Positions 37,201 through 49,595 are shown, numbered from the stretch's first letter. The stretch is 64,000 bases of DNA from Scenedesmus sp. PABB004 (GCA_014905635.1 JABVCE010000002.1:372001-436000), one strand, 5' to 3'. The notes: generated from the sequence alone by a model not told the origin. Program-made: numbers and translations.

Positions 37201-39251
37201 CCACCTCGAGCGCCGTGCCGGGCGGCGCGGGGCGCGGCACGGGCAGCCAGAAGCCCTGCTCCCACGCCGCGTCGCCGCGCGGGCCGAGCGGCACGACGCG
37301 GCTGACGTGCGCGTCGCCGTCGAGCACGAGGCGCGCGTACACGTACGCGCCGCCGGGCGCGTCGCTCTCGTGGAAGCCGTTGTCCTCCAGCGCCGCCATG
37401 ACCGCCTCCGCGTCCACGCTGCCGCCCCGGCGCGCGCGCGCCGGCGCGAGACGGCTCGCTGGCTCGTCCGCTCGTGGCGGCGGCGGCGGCGGCGGCCGCG
37501 GGCTGCCGCCGGCGGACGGCGCACGGGGGCTGCCCCCGGCCAGCGGGCTGGCGGCGCCGCCGGCGCTCATGGGCGAGGCCGGGCCGCCGGCGGCGTCTGC
37601 CGCCGCGAGCGCGGCGGCCGCGCTGGCCGGCGTGGCTGGGCCGCTGCCGGCGCGCTGCGGCGTGCCTGGTCCCGAGCCCGGTGCTGCGTCCTCGTCCACG
37701 GCTGGCAGCGGCGGCGTGGCGCGGCCCTCGCTGTCGGCCGGCGCGCTGGCCGCCGCGCCACCCCCGACCTCCCACGGCGACGGCGCGAGCGACGGGCCGC
37801 CGCTGGCCGCCGCGGGCGCGCCTCCCTGCTGCTGCAGGCCACCAGCGGCGTCGCCCTCGCCGCCGCTGTCGGGCGCGTCGCTCGGCGCGGCGGCCGCCTG
37901 CGCTGCCGCCGCGGCGGCGCTGCGCCCGCTCTGCGACAGCATTGACGAGGCCGCCAGCGCCGCCGTGCCCGCCGCCGCGCCCGCCAGCGCCACAGGCCTG
38001 CTGCGCCCAAACCAGCTGCTGGTCTTGCTGAACAGGGCCTTGCCGGTCTTGGTGCCGTCTGTCGAGGCGGGGCGCGGCGTCGCGCGTGGGCGGGCGGCGC
38101 GCGCGGCGGCCGGCCCACGTGCGCACGGGCAGCCCCGCGCCGCGGCGGCGGCGACCCACCGAGCACCGCGCTGGCGGCCATGCGGGCGCGGTCCGACCTG
38201 CTGGCCACGCTGGCCATGCGCGCCAGGTCGGGGCCCAGGCGGCTCATGGCCGCCGCGGCCGCGGCCGCGGCGTGGGGGTCGACGTGCAGATTGTCCAGGC
38301 CACGCGCTTTGTGCAGCGTGATGCGCAGCAGCTGGCAGGTGGGCGTCTCGTACAAGTGCCCCCCGGCGGTGTGGAGCACCGCGCGGCGCGGGCCCAGCCA
38401 CGCGCCGCTGGCGCTGTGCGTCGGCGGCACCTCGGCGCGCCCGCTGCCGACCGGGCCTGCGCGGGCGGGCGCGGCGCGCTCGGCGCGGCAGCGCGCAGCT
38501 GCGCGCGCCGGCGCCGGCGCCGCTCGTGCGCGCGCGCGCGGAGGACCCACCCAGCAGCTGTGGCGGCAGCGCCGGCGGCGGCAGCTCCGCGAGCTCGAGC
38601 AGCATCACGGAACTCTCAGCCCCCAGCACCCAGCCGTCCTGCAGGCCCGGGCTGCCTGGGGCGCCGGCCGCCGCCGCCGCCGCGGCCTTGGCCGCCTTGG
38701 CGCCCTTGGGCTTGGCCAGCGGCACGCGCGCCGTGAGCGGCGCGCCGCCGGGCGCCAGCTGCGCCGCGAGGGGCGCGAGCAGCAGCTCGCCGCTCGCCGT
38801 GACCGCGTCGCTGCCCCAGCGCTTGGCGCTGAGCAGCTCCACCGCCAGCACGGGCGACGCGCCGCCGCCGGGCAGTGGGCGCTGCGCCGCGTGCGCGAGG
38901 TCGCGGGGCGCGAGGAGGAAGGACTCTGGCCACGGCCCGCCGCCGCCGCGCCGCGCCGGCAGCGCGCGCGTCGTGAAGCGCACGTTTCCCGTGGACAGCA
39001 CGGCGTACACGTCGCTCTCGGCGTCGGCGGGAAGGCCCGACACCGACAGGATCTGCCGCGGCGGCGGTCGGCGGGCGGGCGTCGGGCGGGTGAGCAGCGG
39101 CGCCCGGCGCAGCACCCCGGCGTGGCACCGACGCAGCCAGCAGCGGTGCGGCGCGGGTGGTGGTGTCGGGGATCACTACGGCGCCGGTTACGGGCCGGCA
39201 TTCAGCCGCAGCGCGCACCCTGAGGACGAGGTGCTGCTGCTGCTGCGCCAT
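34300..39251 (-). CDS. Multiple C2 domain and transmembrane protein (MCTP, FTIP1/QUIRKY-like, PRT_C end), about 11 exons
   Basis: C2-like segments (SDVYAVL..., PYCLV, VGKLRVRLGTL); SWRRPLHS; VQNVLDGWAAAGERLQLAASWTD; terminal RHPVLRDPLPPPPVNFVARLPTRSDTML. Confidence 0.88.
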
Positions 39252-39514
39252 CGCGCCGGCGGCGCGCGGCCCAAGCGTGCGACCTGCGCTCGAGCGGCGC
39301 CTCCCCACCGCACAACGCGCTGCGGCGGGCGCCGGCCGTTGCCGTCGCCGGGCTCCCGGGGTCCGCCGGCGGCGGCGGGCGGCGCGCAGCGGCTGCGGGC
39401 GCCGCCGCGCGCTGTCGGCGGCGCACGGGTTGCTGCGCGGCCTGAGCCCGGTCACAGCGAGTCACGCGGCACGGGCGCTGGTTTCTCGTCCCCTCCTGCT
39501 GGCCCTGAACCCCG

Positions 39515-42500
39515 TCACAGCGCCCCGCCCGCCTCGGCCGCAGCGAGCGCGCGGAGCTGCGCCTCGGCGCGCGCGTGCCACGCCGGCGCCTGCGCCGCCA
39601 CGCGCGGCAGCAGCGCCGCGGCGCGCCCGCACGCCGCGCCGCCCTCCGCGCCGCGCAGCAGGCGTGCCAGCGCGCCGCTGCGCTCGGGCTCGTCGCCGCG
39701 CGGCGGCCCCGGCGGCGGCAGCAGGGCCGCGGCCTTGGGCAGGTGCGCGCCCGGCGGCTGCGCGCCCAGCGTCGCGTCGAGGCCCTGCGCGGCGGCCGCG
39801 AGGTCGGCGAGCAGCACCCACACCGCGTCTGCGTCCACGCGCGCGGCCGCGACCAGCAGGCGCGCCGCCGCCTCGCGCAGCGCGAGCGGCTGCGCGTCGG
39901 CCAGCAGCGGCGCCGCCAGCGCGGCGGCGTCCCACGCAAGGCCCGCCATGGCAGGCGCGGCGTCGGCGTCGCCCGCGACCGACGCGAGGCAGCCCAGCAC
40001 GGCGAGCTGGACGCGCTGCAGCGTCGCGGGCGCGAGGCCGGCGTCGGCGTCGTCCGCGCTGCACCCCGGGCCCGCGCCCAGCGCGTGCGCATCGTTCCAG
40101 CCCCGCGCCTCGCCGCCGCTTGCCGCCGCCTGCAGGCTCGCGAGCGCCGACTGCAGCACGCGCCCCTGGCCACCGCCGCTGCCGGCGCGGCCGCCGACCG
40201 CTGGCTCGCTGCCGGGGCCGCCGCCGACGCCGAGCAGCGCGGCCGCGGCCGGCCCGCCGCCGACGGTGCCGGCGGCGGTCGCCGCCGCGAGCGCCGTCGC
40301 GCCGGCCTGGGGGCCCGTGCGCAGCAGGCGCAGCAGCAGTGGCCAGGCCTCGCCCCTGAAGCGCCGCGACATGAAGCGACCGCCCGCGAGGCGCACCGCC
40401 TGCGCCAGCAGGCCCAGCCCCGCCTCGAGCAGCGCGACGCTGCCGGTGTCCTGCAGCGCCGCCAGCAGCGGCGGCCAGAGCGCGTGCACCGCGGGCAGCA
40501 GCTTCACGGGCTCGGGCCGCGCCGGCCGCAGCGCCGCGTCGCGCTCGCGCGCGAGCAGGCAGTCAAACAGCCGCTCCTCGTCGTCCAGCGCCGCCGTGGC
40601 CGCGGCGAGCGCGTCGAGCGCGCCCGCCAGCACGCCCGCCGCCTGCACGGCCGCGCGCAGGCTGCGCGCGAGCAGCAGCGGCGTCGCCGCCTCCGCCGCG
40701 GCGCTGGCCAGGCTGGCAGCGCTGTGCGCGCGGCGCCACGCGAGCTCCAGCGCCTCGAGCTCCGCCGGCGGCAGCCGCATCTTGCGCCCCGGCGGCAGCG
40801 CCGGCAGGCTGCGCAGGTCCAGGTCCACCTGCGGGGCTGCTGCCGGCGCCGGCGGGCACGGCACGCCTGCACCGTGCCCGTTGGCCTGCGGCGGCGACCG
40901 CGGCGGCTGCTGCTGCAGCGCCGCGCCACCCGCCGCCGCCTCGGCTGCCTGGCGGCGCATGCGGCGTCGGAAGTAGCGCGCCGCCGCGTCGGCGCCCGCC
41001 GCGGCGTCGCCGCCCTCCTCCTCGACAACCACCGCCGGCCCGCCGGCGCCGCTCTCGCCATCATCCTCGTCGCCCTCCTCGTCCTCGTCGTCGTGTGGCG
41101 CGTCAAACAGCCCTGACGCGCGCGCTGCGGCCGCCGACGCCGCAAGCTGGCCGTGCAGCGTGGCGGCCGCCGCGGCGGCCTCGTGCGCCGAGCCGGCCGC
41201 CACAGACTGCAGGATGTGGAGGAATGGCGCCACGTGGCCGGGCTGCTGCTTGCGCGCCAGAATGGACAGCCCCTGCGCGCCGGCAGCGGCGGCGGCAGAG
41301 GCGGCGGATGAGGAGGCGGCGGAGGAGGTGGCGGCGTCGGCCGGCCGCCCGGCGCGGCGGGGGCGGAGGGAGCGGCGCCCTGCGCGCGCGCTGCCAGCTC
41401 CCGCGCGGCGCAAACTCACGCTCAGCGCGGCGCGCAGCGGCTCCGCCAGCAGCGGCAGCAGCTGCCCGCCCACGCCCGCCTCGCGCAGCAGCGCCGCGAG
41501 CAGCTGCGGCGCGCGCGGGTGCGCCTGCAGCGCGCGCAGGCGCCGGCACACGCCGTCCACCACGTAGTCGGCGTTGGCGCCCACCAGCTCGCCGAGGCCG
41601 CCGGGGTAGCCGCCGTGGCGGCAGCAGCTGTCCAGCGCGCCCGCGGCCGCCGCCGCCACGAGCGGGCAGGGGTCGGCGAGCCGCTCCAGCAGCGGCAGCA
41701 GCGCCGCGCGCAGCAGGCGCGGCCGCGCCGCAAACGCGGGCCCCGCGCAGCGCGGCACCGTGCCGACGCAGTCGACCAGCGTGCGCAGCAGCAGCGCGTT
41801 GGCGCCCAGCACCTGGGCCGGCAGCCGCTGCGCCGCGCCGCCGCCCTCGCCCGCCTCGGCTGCCTCGGGCTGACTCGTGGGCAGGCCCCACAGCCTGCCC
41901 GCGGTGGCCGCCTCCACCGCCAAGAGCAGCACGCCCTCAAACGCGGCGTCCGCGCCCGGCGCCCCCGCCTCGCCCCCCTCGCCGCCAGCGAGGCCGCCGC
42001 TCGCGATGGGCGCCTGCCACGCGGGCGAGGCGCCAAACAGCACCTCTGTCAGCGCCACTACCACGGCGGCGCTCTGGCACTGCCACTCGCCGGCCGCCGG
42101 CGTCGGCGTTGGCGTCGGCTGCTGCTGCTGCTGCTTGTGCGGCGACGCCGCGGCGTGCAGCTGCTCCAGCAGCTGCTCCACGAGCGCCCGCAGGCTGCCG
42201 CCGGGCTGGCCGCCCTCCTGCTGCTGCGCGGCGTCCGCCAGGCGCGCCGTGCGGCCCAGCGCACGCGCGACGCCCGCGGCGGCGCGGTAGCTGTCGCGAG
42301 TGATGAGGTGACGCAGCGACAGCGGCATGCGCGGCAGCGCCGGGTGCCCCGTGCCGCGGGGCCGAGCCGGCGGCGCCAGCGCCGCCGCGCCGGGCCCGCC
42401 CGCCGCGGGCGCCGGCGCCGGGGCGCCTGGCTCGCGCTGCACACCGCTCGCGGCGGCCTCGGGCGCGGCGGCCTCGGCGTCGCCGGCCGCGCCCTGCACC

Positions 42501-44642
42501 GGCGTCGTCTCGCCGCCGCCCCAGGCCGCCTGCGCGCGCAGCAGCAGCGCCGCCGAGCTGGGGTCGACGGCAAACGTCTCGGCCAGCGCCGCGCACACCT
42601 GCTGCCGCGTCGCGGGGCGACTGAAGATGCTGCTCGCGGCGAGCCCGCCGCCTGCGGGGGCATCGAGGCACGCGCCGCGCGGTGGCGCGGGCGTCAGCGC
42701 GGGGCCGGCCGCCCGCGCGGCCGACTGGCAGCGCAGCGCCTAGCCGGTGCCCGCCCCTCCCCGGACGCCCACCTGCACACAGCACGGCCGCCGCGGCGCG
42801 CTTGGCCGCGGCCGTGCCCTGCGCCTCGCCCTGCCGCACGGCGCCGGGCAGCTCCACGCACAGCGACACCAGCAGCGCGTCCAGGGATGGCCCGCCACCG
42901 CCCGCCGCCGGCAGGCGCAGCGCTGCCGCCCCGCGCGCCGCCGCCGCGCCGCCGGCGCCGCGGCCGCCGCTCGCCGCCGCCTGCTGCTGCAGGGCGCGCA
43001 CGGCGGGCGCCGCCACCTGGTCGTAGTCGTCGTGTGCCAGGGTGAGCAGTATCTCCAGCAGGGCCTGGCGGGAGCTTGCCAGCGCGCGGCTGCAGCTGCC
43101 CAGCAGCTCGCCCGCCGCGCCCGCCAGCGCGGCGCGCACGGCGGGCTGCGGGTGCGTCATCAGCCGCGGCAGCGTCATCGCCAGCAGCGTCTGCACCTTG
43201 CTGCCGCTGCCGGCCAGCCACGCCGCGTCCTGCTGCGCCGTGAACTGCCGCCCCACCTGGCGCGCCTGCTCGCGCGCGCGCGCCTCGTGCTGCGCCGCCC
43301 GCTCGTGCTGCCGCATGAGGTCGTCCAGGCTCTCAGCCTCCGCCGCGCCCTCGGCGCCGCCGTCCGCGCTGCGCAGCGCGAGCTGCTGCAGCAGCGCGAG
43401 CGCGTCCTCGGAGCTGCCCACGCTGCCCGCCGCCGTGCTCCCTGCTGCTGCGGCGCCGCCCCGCGCGTGGGGGATGTGGTCCACCGCGTCGTCACTCAGC
43501 GTCAGCACCACGACCTGCGTCAGCACCTGCAGCACAAGCACGGTGCTCGCCGCGCCGGCGGCGGCGCCCGTCACGCGCGCGCCCGCGACCGGCGGCACTG
43601 GGGCGGCGATGGCGGCGGCGGCGGCGGCGGCGCTCAGCTGGCGGCGGCGGCGGCACAGCGCGCCCTCGGCTGCCCGCGGCGGCGGCGCCAGCGCAGCCAG
43701 CAGCGCAGCCGCCCCCTCACCTGCCGCGAGGAGCTGCTTGGCGAGGCCGCTGGCAATGCCTGGCAGGAAGAAGGCCAACTGCGGCCCCGGCCCCACCGCC
43801 TGCACCACCGCCTGCAGCGCGCGGATGGCGCCGCGCCGCACGGCCTTGCTGCCCGTGGCGCCCGCCGCCACCTCGGCCTCCGCCGCCGCGAGGCAGCAGT
43901 GGATGAGCACGCCCGCCATCGGCGCGGTCGCGGGCTGCCGCAGCAGCGGCGCGCCTGACGCCTGCAGCAGCGCAGGGATGGCGCGGAGTGTGCGGGACCG
44001 CATCTGCGGCGGTGGCGGCGGCGGTTGCAGTGCGGCGGCGGCGGCGGCGGTTGAGGCGCGCGTCAGCACGGCGAGGGCGCCGGCGAGCGGCGCGCACGCT
44101 GCACGCGCGCGCCGCGCGCCGCGCCGCACCTCCTCCGTCGCCGCGCCCGGCGGAAGCTGCGCCAGCGCCGCGACGCGCTCCAGCACCGGCAGCGCCTGGT
44201 CGGGCTCGAGCGCGGCGCTGCGGTCGAGCAGCGCAAGCACACAGTCCAGCAGCGCCTCCGCCGCGGCGTCGCTGCGCATCGCGGCGATCGCCACGCCGTC
44301 GCCGCCCGGCCCGCCGGCGCCGCCCGGCCCGCCGGCGCCGCCGCCGCCGCCGCTTGCGGCGCCCGCCGGCGGCGCGGGCGGCGCGCGGCAGGCGGCGGCG
44401 CTGTCGAGCATGAAGGTCAGGGGGTAGGCCACGTAGTCAAAGCACCGCGCCAGCCCCGCCGCGTTCACCGCGTCGCCGTCGCGCAGCGCCGCCGCGAGCG
44501 CGCCGAGCGCGCCGCACAGCGCGGGCGCGTCGCCGCGGAGCTGCAGCAGCTGCGCGCAGAGCGGCCTCAGGCGCGCAAACGCGGCCGTCGCCGCCGCCGC
44601 GGCGGCGGGGTCGGCCGCGAGCGTCGACAGCGCGGCCTGCAT
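39515..44642 (-). CDS. TTI1: TELO2-interacting protein 1 (TTT complex, HEAT repeats), 5 exons
   Basis: AFARLRPLC, DYVAYPL, LAFFLPGIASGLAK, NADYVVDG, KLLPAVHALWP, FMSRRF, VDADAVW. Confidence 0.88.
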
Positions 44643-44723
44643 CGCGTCGCGCCGCCGCGGGCTCCTCCTCGCTCACGCGGGCTCGCGGCCCCCCAGCGGC
44701 CTCGCGGGGCCCCGCCGCGCGCC

Positions 44724-45095
44724 TCACAGCGCGCACAGCGCCACGCCCGCGGCCACGAGCGCGCAGCCGGGCAGCAGCGCGGCGAGGGCGTAGGTCTCGC
44801 CGAGCGCGAGGTCGGCGAGCGCGTTGGCGGCGATCGACACCGCGTTGGCCGCCGGCGCCGCGCGGCTGATGTCGCCGAGCGCCAGCAGGCGCACGAAGAG
44901 CAGCGAGCCGGCCTGGTTGGCCGCCCACGGCGCAAGCAGCGCGGGGTGTGCCCACGCCGCCCAGCGGCGCCGCTGCCCGCCCGCGCCGGCCGCCTGCGCC
45001 GCCGCCTCGGCCGCGAGCGCGCCGCGCCGGATGAGCGGGTTGGTGCCGCCCCACAGCACGCCCACGAGCACCGCCGCAGCGAGCGCGCCGATCAT
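44724..45095 (-). CDS. TMEM234: Transmembrane protein 234 (DMT/EamA-like), intronless, 123 aa
   Basis: LVGVLWGGTNPLIRRG; PWAANQAGSLLF...GDISRAAPAANAVS...LGE. Confidence 0.88.
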   Translation of the reverse strand: MIGALAAAVLVGVLWGGTNPLIRRGALAAEAAAQAAGAGGQRRRWAAWAHPALLAPWAANQAGSLLFVRLLALGDISRAAPAANAVSIAANALADLALGETYALAALLPGCALVAAGVALCAL

Positions 45096-45511
45096 GCGGC
45101 GGCGGCCGCTCTGCCTGCGCGCAGCAGCAGCGGCAGCAGCGGCAGCAGCGGCAGCGACCGCCCGGCGCGCTGCACCGGCTGCGCGCGGTGCTTTCCCAGC
45201 GGCTCGATCGCAAGGCGCGTGTGCAGAAGAAGCCTGTGAGAATGGCGGCGCCGCGAAGAAGCCGATCTGCGCAGCCGCACGGCGGCGGCGCGCGTCTCGG
45301 CGCAAAAACCAAGCCTGGGCCAGCGCAGGGCGTCCCGCCCACCCGCCCGCCCGCGACGCACTGACCTCGCTCCCCGCCACGTAAAGCCAGGCGCCCAGGC
45401 CCGCTCAGGCCCGCGCCCGCGCCAGGCGGCCCATCACACGCGTCTGCCTAGCCCCGCCGCGCGCACGCCGGTCGCGGGCGCGTCAGCCGCGGCCCCCGTA
45501 GCGCCAGCGCC

Positions 45512-46171
45512 ATGGCCAGCGCCCTGGGGATGCATGCCCGCGCCGCCGGCCTCGCGGCGGGCGCGGCAGCGGCGCCGCGCCGGCAGCAGCGGCTGTGCGG
45601 CGGCGCCGCCGCTGCGCCGCGCGTGCCCGCGGCGCCGTGCGGCCGCCCGGCGGCGCCGGCGCGGCGCCGCGGCGTGGCGGTGGCGGCGCGCTACCGCGGC
45701 GGGTCGCCCGACGCGGTAGAGCGCGTGCTCGCGGCGGTGCCGTACCTGCTGCCGCTGCTCGACTCGTTCGGCTACGGCCGCTTCCTGTTCTACCAGTTCC
45801 CCGCGCTCACGCGCGTCATCGCGCCGCTCTCGCCGCTGGTGTCGCTGTACGCGAGCGTGCCGTTTGCGCCGCTGCTCGCCTTCTTCGCCGTGTACCTGGG
45901 CATCGTGCAGAACCAGCGCTGGTCGCGCTTCGTGCGCTTCAACGGCATGCAGGCGATGCTGCTCGACATCCTGCTCATCCTCCCGCGCCTCGCGGAGCAG
46001 GTCGTGAGCCCGCCCGGGGCGGGCTGGGGCCTGCAGGCGTACATCACCGCGCAAAACACGGTCTGGATCTTCGTCGCCGCGTGCGTCGCCTACGGCGTCG
46101 CGAGCTCCCTGCTCGGCCAGGCCGCGCGCATCCCGCTCGTCGCCGACGCGGCGGAGCAGCAGGTGCGGTGA
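45512..46171 (+). CDS. TIC20: Chloroplast TIC20 (Tic20-V/Ycf60-like), intronless, with transit peptide
   Basis: Ala/Arg-rich N-terminus; ERVLAAVPYLLPLLD; FVRFNGMQAMLLDI; IPLVADAAEQQV. Confidence 0.93.
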   Translation: MASALGMHARAAGLAAGAAAAPRRQQRLCGGAAAAPRVPAAPCGRPAAPARRRGVAVAARYRGGSPDAVERVLAAVPYLLPLLDSFGYGRFLFYQFPALTRVIAPLSPLVSLYASVPFAPLLAFFAVYLGIVQNQRWSRFVRFNGMQAMLLDILLILPRLAEQVVSPPGAGWGLQAYITAQNTVWIFVAACVAYGVASSLLGQAARIPLVADAAEQQVR

Positions 46172-46558
46172 GGCCGGGCGGGCGGGCGCGCCGCGGCGGC
46201 GGCGGCGCTCGCCGCGGCGGCGGCGTTTTGTTGCGGACGACGGCCCGCGCTGTCGCGGCCGCGTGGGGGCTGCATTTTGAGCGTCGCGGCCCGACCCGAG
46301 CGGCGGCGGCGGCGGCTCGGTAACGCGCGAGCCCGAACGAACGAGCCCGCCGCCAGCCGCCCACACGCCCCGCGTCGCGCCCCGCCAGCCCCGCCGTCCC
46401 GCGCCGCCCCGCAGCCCGCGCCGACCCACCCCAAGCCTGAGCCCGCTGCAGCAGCCGCCCGCGCTGCTGCCGCCCCTCCCCGTCCCCTCGCTGCGGCCGC
46501 CGCCGCCTCTGCAAACGTGCGTCTGCAGCAGCCCGCTCCGCCAGCCGCGTCCAGATCA

Positions 46559-48265
46559 TCACTGCGGGCCCGGCGGCGGCATCTGCGGCGGCGGTGGCGG
46601 TGCGGTGGCGTCAGCGGGCGCGCGCAGGGCGGCTCCCCGCAGCTTGTCGGGCGCGCGCACGCGGCGCTCACCCCGGGCGGGGCCATGCCCGGCGGCGGCA
46701 TGCCCGGCGGCGGCATGCCCGGCGGCGGCATGCCCGGCGGCGGCATGCCGGGGCGCATCTGCGCGCAGCGCGGCGCGGGAGCAGGTAGGCGGGCGTCGGC
46801 GCGGCGCGGGACAGGCGCAGCAGCTGCGCAGCGCATGCGGGCGCGGGCGCCGGCAGGGCGGCCACCCGCCACGCACCCCCGGCGGCACCATGCCCATCAT
46901 GGGCGGCGGCATCTGCGCGGGGGCAGGGCGGGCAGGGGCGCGCGTGAGCGAGCGAGGCACACGGCGCGGCGGGTGCGCAGCGGCGCGCAGCGGCGCGCGC
47001 ACCCCCGGGGGCGGCGCGAAGCCCGAGGGCGGCGCGAAGCCCGGCGGCGGCATGCCGGGGCGCATGGGGGGCATGCCCATGGGCGGCGGGCCTGCCGGGG
47101 GAAGGGAGAGGTGGGGCAGTGAGCGGGCGGGCAGCGCGCGCGGGCGGCGCGCGGGCGGGCAGCGCGGGCGGCGGCGGGCGGCGCTCACCCCCGGCGGCAT
47201 CATGCCCGGCGGCGGCATGCCAGCTGCTGGGGGCCGCATCACGGGCGCGGCGGTGACCTGGGGCCGCGGCGCCATCATGCCGGGCGCCGGCGCGCCCACG
47301 CCGCGGCCCAGGCCAGCCAGGCCCTGCGGCGGGGCAGTGGAGGAGGCGGCGGTGTTGAGCGGCACAGCCTTGGCGGCGGCGGCGGCGCGGCGGCACGGCG
47401 GCGGCGGCGGCGGCGGCGCACCGCGGGGGCTTGCCCGGGTACGCCCACGGGCAGGCCGCGGCCGGCCGCCCTGCCCATGCCGGGGCCGGCCTGCGTTGCG
47501 CGGCGCGCGGGCGGCGGCGGCGCGGTGAGGCCGGCGTCCGCGGGCGGCGCGGCGCGGCCAGCCGCGCTGCGTGCGCCGCCGGGGGGGGGGGGGGCGCTCA
47601 CGGGCGCGACTTGCTGCTTGATCGACCGCGTCTCCTCCGCCGGCGGCGGGCCCTCGATCGTGAGCGAGATGATCTCGTCGCCGCGCAGCAGCAGCATGCC
47701 CAGCACGCGCCGCTCCTCGCGCTGCCGCGGCAGCGCGGGCGCGGCGCGGCGCGGCGGGGCGGGGCGGGGTGGGGCGCCGCGGGCGCGGGCGCGCGGCCGG
47801 CGCCGGCCGCTGCTGCGGCGCGCCGCCCTGCTGCTGCTGCCGGCCGCGCGGCCGCTCACGTCGTCGTTGCCCTTCTTGGGCGGCAGCTTCCTGAACTCCT
47901 CCGCGTCGCCAAGCACCAGGTTCATGTGGCGGTCGTAGGCCATGAACCTGCGGCCGCGGCGCCGGCGCCGGCGGCGGCAGCAGCGGCGTCGGCCCCCGCG
48001 CCGTCGGGCGGCCGCGTGCCGCGCCGCGGCGGCGCCCAGCGCCGCTCCGGGGCGGGGGGCGCGCCCCGGACGGGCGGGCGGGGGCGGAGGGTGCCCACCT
48101 GCCGCATATCTGGCGCCCATCAGTGAGCGTGACCCGCATGCCTGCGGCGCGCCGGGCGGGCGCGTGGGCGCGCGGCGGCGGCGCCCTGGCGCCGCGCCAG
48201 GCCCGGATCAGGCGCTCACGGTAGTTGACATACTGCAGCAGCTTCCCCGTGCGCGACAGGCTCAT
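46559..48265 (-). CDS. SNRPB: Small nuclear ribonucleoprotein SmB, about 10 exons
   Basis: KLLQYVNYR|MRVTLTDGR..FMAYDRHMNLVLGDAEEFRK..REERRVLGMLLLRG..LTIEGPPP; PPPGM-repeat tail. Confidence 0.97.
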   Translation of the reverse strand: MSLSRTGKLLQYVNYRERLIRAWRGARAPPPRAHAPARRAAGMRVTLTDGRQICGRWAPSAPARPSGARPPPRSGAGRRRGAARGRPTARGPTPLLPPPAPAPRPQVHGLRPPHEPGAWRRGGVQEAAAQEGQRRRERPRGRQQQQGGAPQQRPAPAARPRPRRPTPPRPAAPRRARAAAAARGAARAGHAAAARRRDHLAHDRGPAAGGGDAVDQAASRARERPPPPRRRTQRGWPRRAARGRRPHRAAAARAPRNAGRPRHGQGGRPRPARGRTRASPRGAPPPPPPPCRRAAAAAKAVPLNTAASSTAPPQGLAGLGRGVGAPAPGMMAPRPQVTAAPVMRPPAAGMPPPGMMPPGVSAARRRPRCPPARRPRALPARSLPHLSLPPAGPPPMGMPPMRPGMPPPGFAPPSGFAPPPGVRAPLRAAAHPPRRVPRSLTRAPARPAPAQMPPPMMGMVPPGVRGGWPPCRRPRPHALRSCCACPAPRRRPPTCSRAALRADAPRHAAAGHAAAGHAAAGHAAAGHGPARGERRVRAPDKLRGAALRAPADATAPPPPPQMPPPGPQ

Positions 48266-48919
48266 CTTTGCTGCCTCCGCCGGCCGACCGGCCGCTGCAG
48301 TGGTGCTGGAGCCGCGGCGATCAGCCGATCATGTCCCGGCGCCCAGGGCGGCGGCGTGGGGGCCCGTCTGGGCGCGCGGGGGCTGCTGGCGGGCGCTGTG
48401 CAGCAGATGGATGCTGCCGACGGCGCGGTGGCGGGCGCCTGCTGGCGACGTCGCGACTGCGGTGGCGGTGCGACGAATGCCGCCGGCAGCAGCCGCGACC
48501 CGCGGGTTTTTGGCGCGCTGCACCAGTGCCGCTGAGCAGGCGCCCGCGCACGCCCACGCCGCATTCCCAGCGCCCCCGACCGCAGCCCGGTCTCCACCTC
48601 CCTGCTTCCCCTCGCTCGCGCCAGCCGGCCGCGCCGCCCGCGCGCTCCACCACCGCCGCTCGCTGCTGCCAGCGCGCCCGTGCGAGGCGGCGCCGCTCCC
48701 GCGCGCGGGGGGCCGCAGATTGCCCGCGGTCGCCGCCCCGCGCCGGCTGGCCGCAGCCGCGACCCCTCGGGCCCCGGCCGCGAGCAGCAGCGCCGCCCCG
48801 CGCGAGCAGCGGCAGGCAGCGGCAGGCAGCGGCCGCGGTGCCGCACGCGCGTGCGCCGGCCCGCGCCCAGCAGCGGCGGCGCCGCGGGCGGCGAGCGCGC
48901 CCGCCTGCGGCAGGCGGCG

Positions 48920-49173
48920 ATGTCGACGCCGCTCGTCGCGGGGCTGGGCGTCGCCGCGGCGGCGCTGTTTGGCCGCGAGGTGGTCAAGCAATACGTGCGC
49001 TTCAAGGCCGCGCCCATGGCGGCGCGCGCCTTCTACAAGGTCCGCCCCCCAGGGCCGGGCGGGGGGCGAAGCGCGGAGAGGGCCGGGCAGGGGGCGCGAG
49101 GGAGGCGCGGGAGCGGGCGCACGGCGCGCTGCGCCGCGCCATGCGCCGCCGCGCCACACGCCGCCGTCGCCGC

Positions 49174-49204
<31 letters not shown>

Positions 49205-49561
49205 GCAGGGCGGGTTTCAGGCTGAGATGAACCGCCGCGAGGCCGCGCTCATCCTGGGGCTGCGCGAGAGCGCGGCGGAGGAGCGCATCAAGGAGGCGCA
49301 CCGCCGCATCATGATCGCAAACCACCCGGACTCGGGTGTGCGCCGCGCCGCGCGCGTGGGCAGGGCACCGCGGCGCCGGCGCCGGCGGCGGCGCGTGAGC
49401 GCAGCGGCGGCGGCGCGTGAGCGGGCGGGGCGGGCAGCGCGGGCTGACACGCGGCGCCGCCGCCTCGGCCGGGCGCAGGCGGATCGTCGTTCATCGCCGC
49501 CAAGGTGAACGAGGCCAAGGACGTGCTGCTGGGTAAGAAGGGCAAGCAGTCGGTGTTCTGA
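48920..49561 (+). CDS. PAM18: Mitochondrial import motor J-protein PAM18/TIM14, 3 exons
   Basis: FYK|GGFQAEMNRREAALILG...AHRRIMIANHPDS|GGSSFIAAKVNEAKD. Confidence 0.97.
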
Positions 49562-49590
49562 CGCGGGCACCGGGCGCGGGCGAGCGGTCG

Positions 49591-49595
49591 TGTAA
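49591..49595 (+). promoter_or_regulatory. TGTAA polyadenylation signal of PAM18
   Basis: TGTAA 30 nt after the stop codon. Confidence 0.65.

Noticed and set aside
46553..46562. GTGATGA box C-like motif on the minus strand
   Set aside because: It is the SmB stop followed by a second TGA; no convincing box D or terminal stem.
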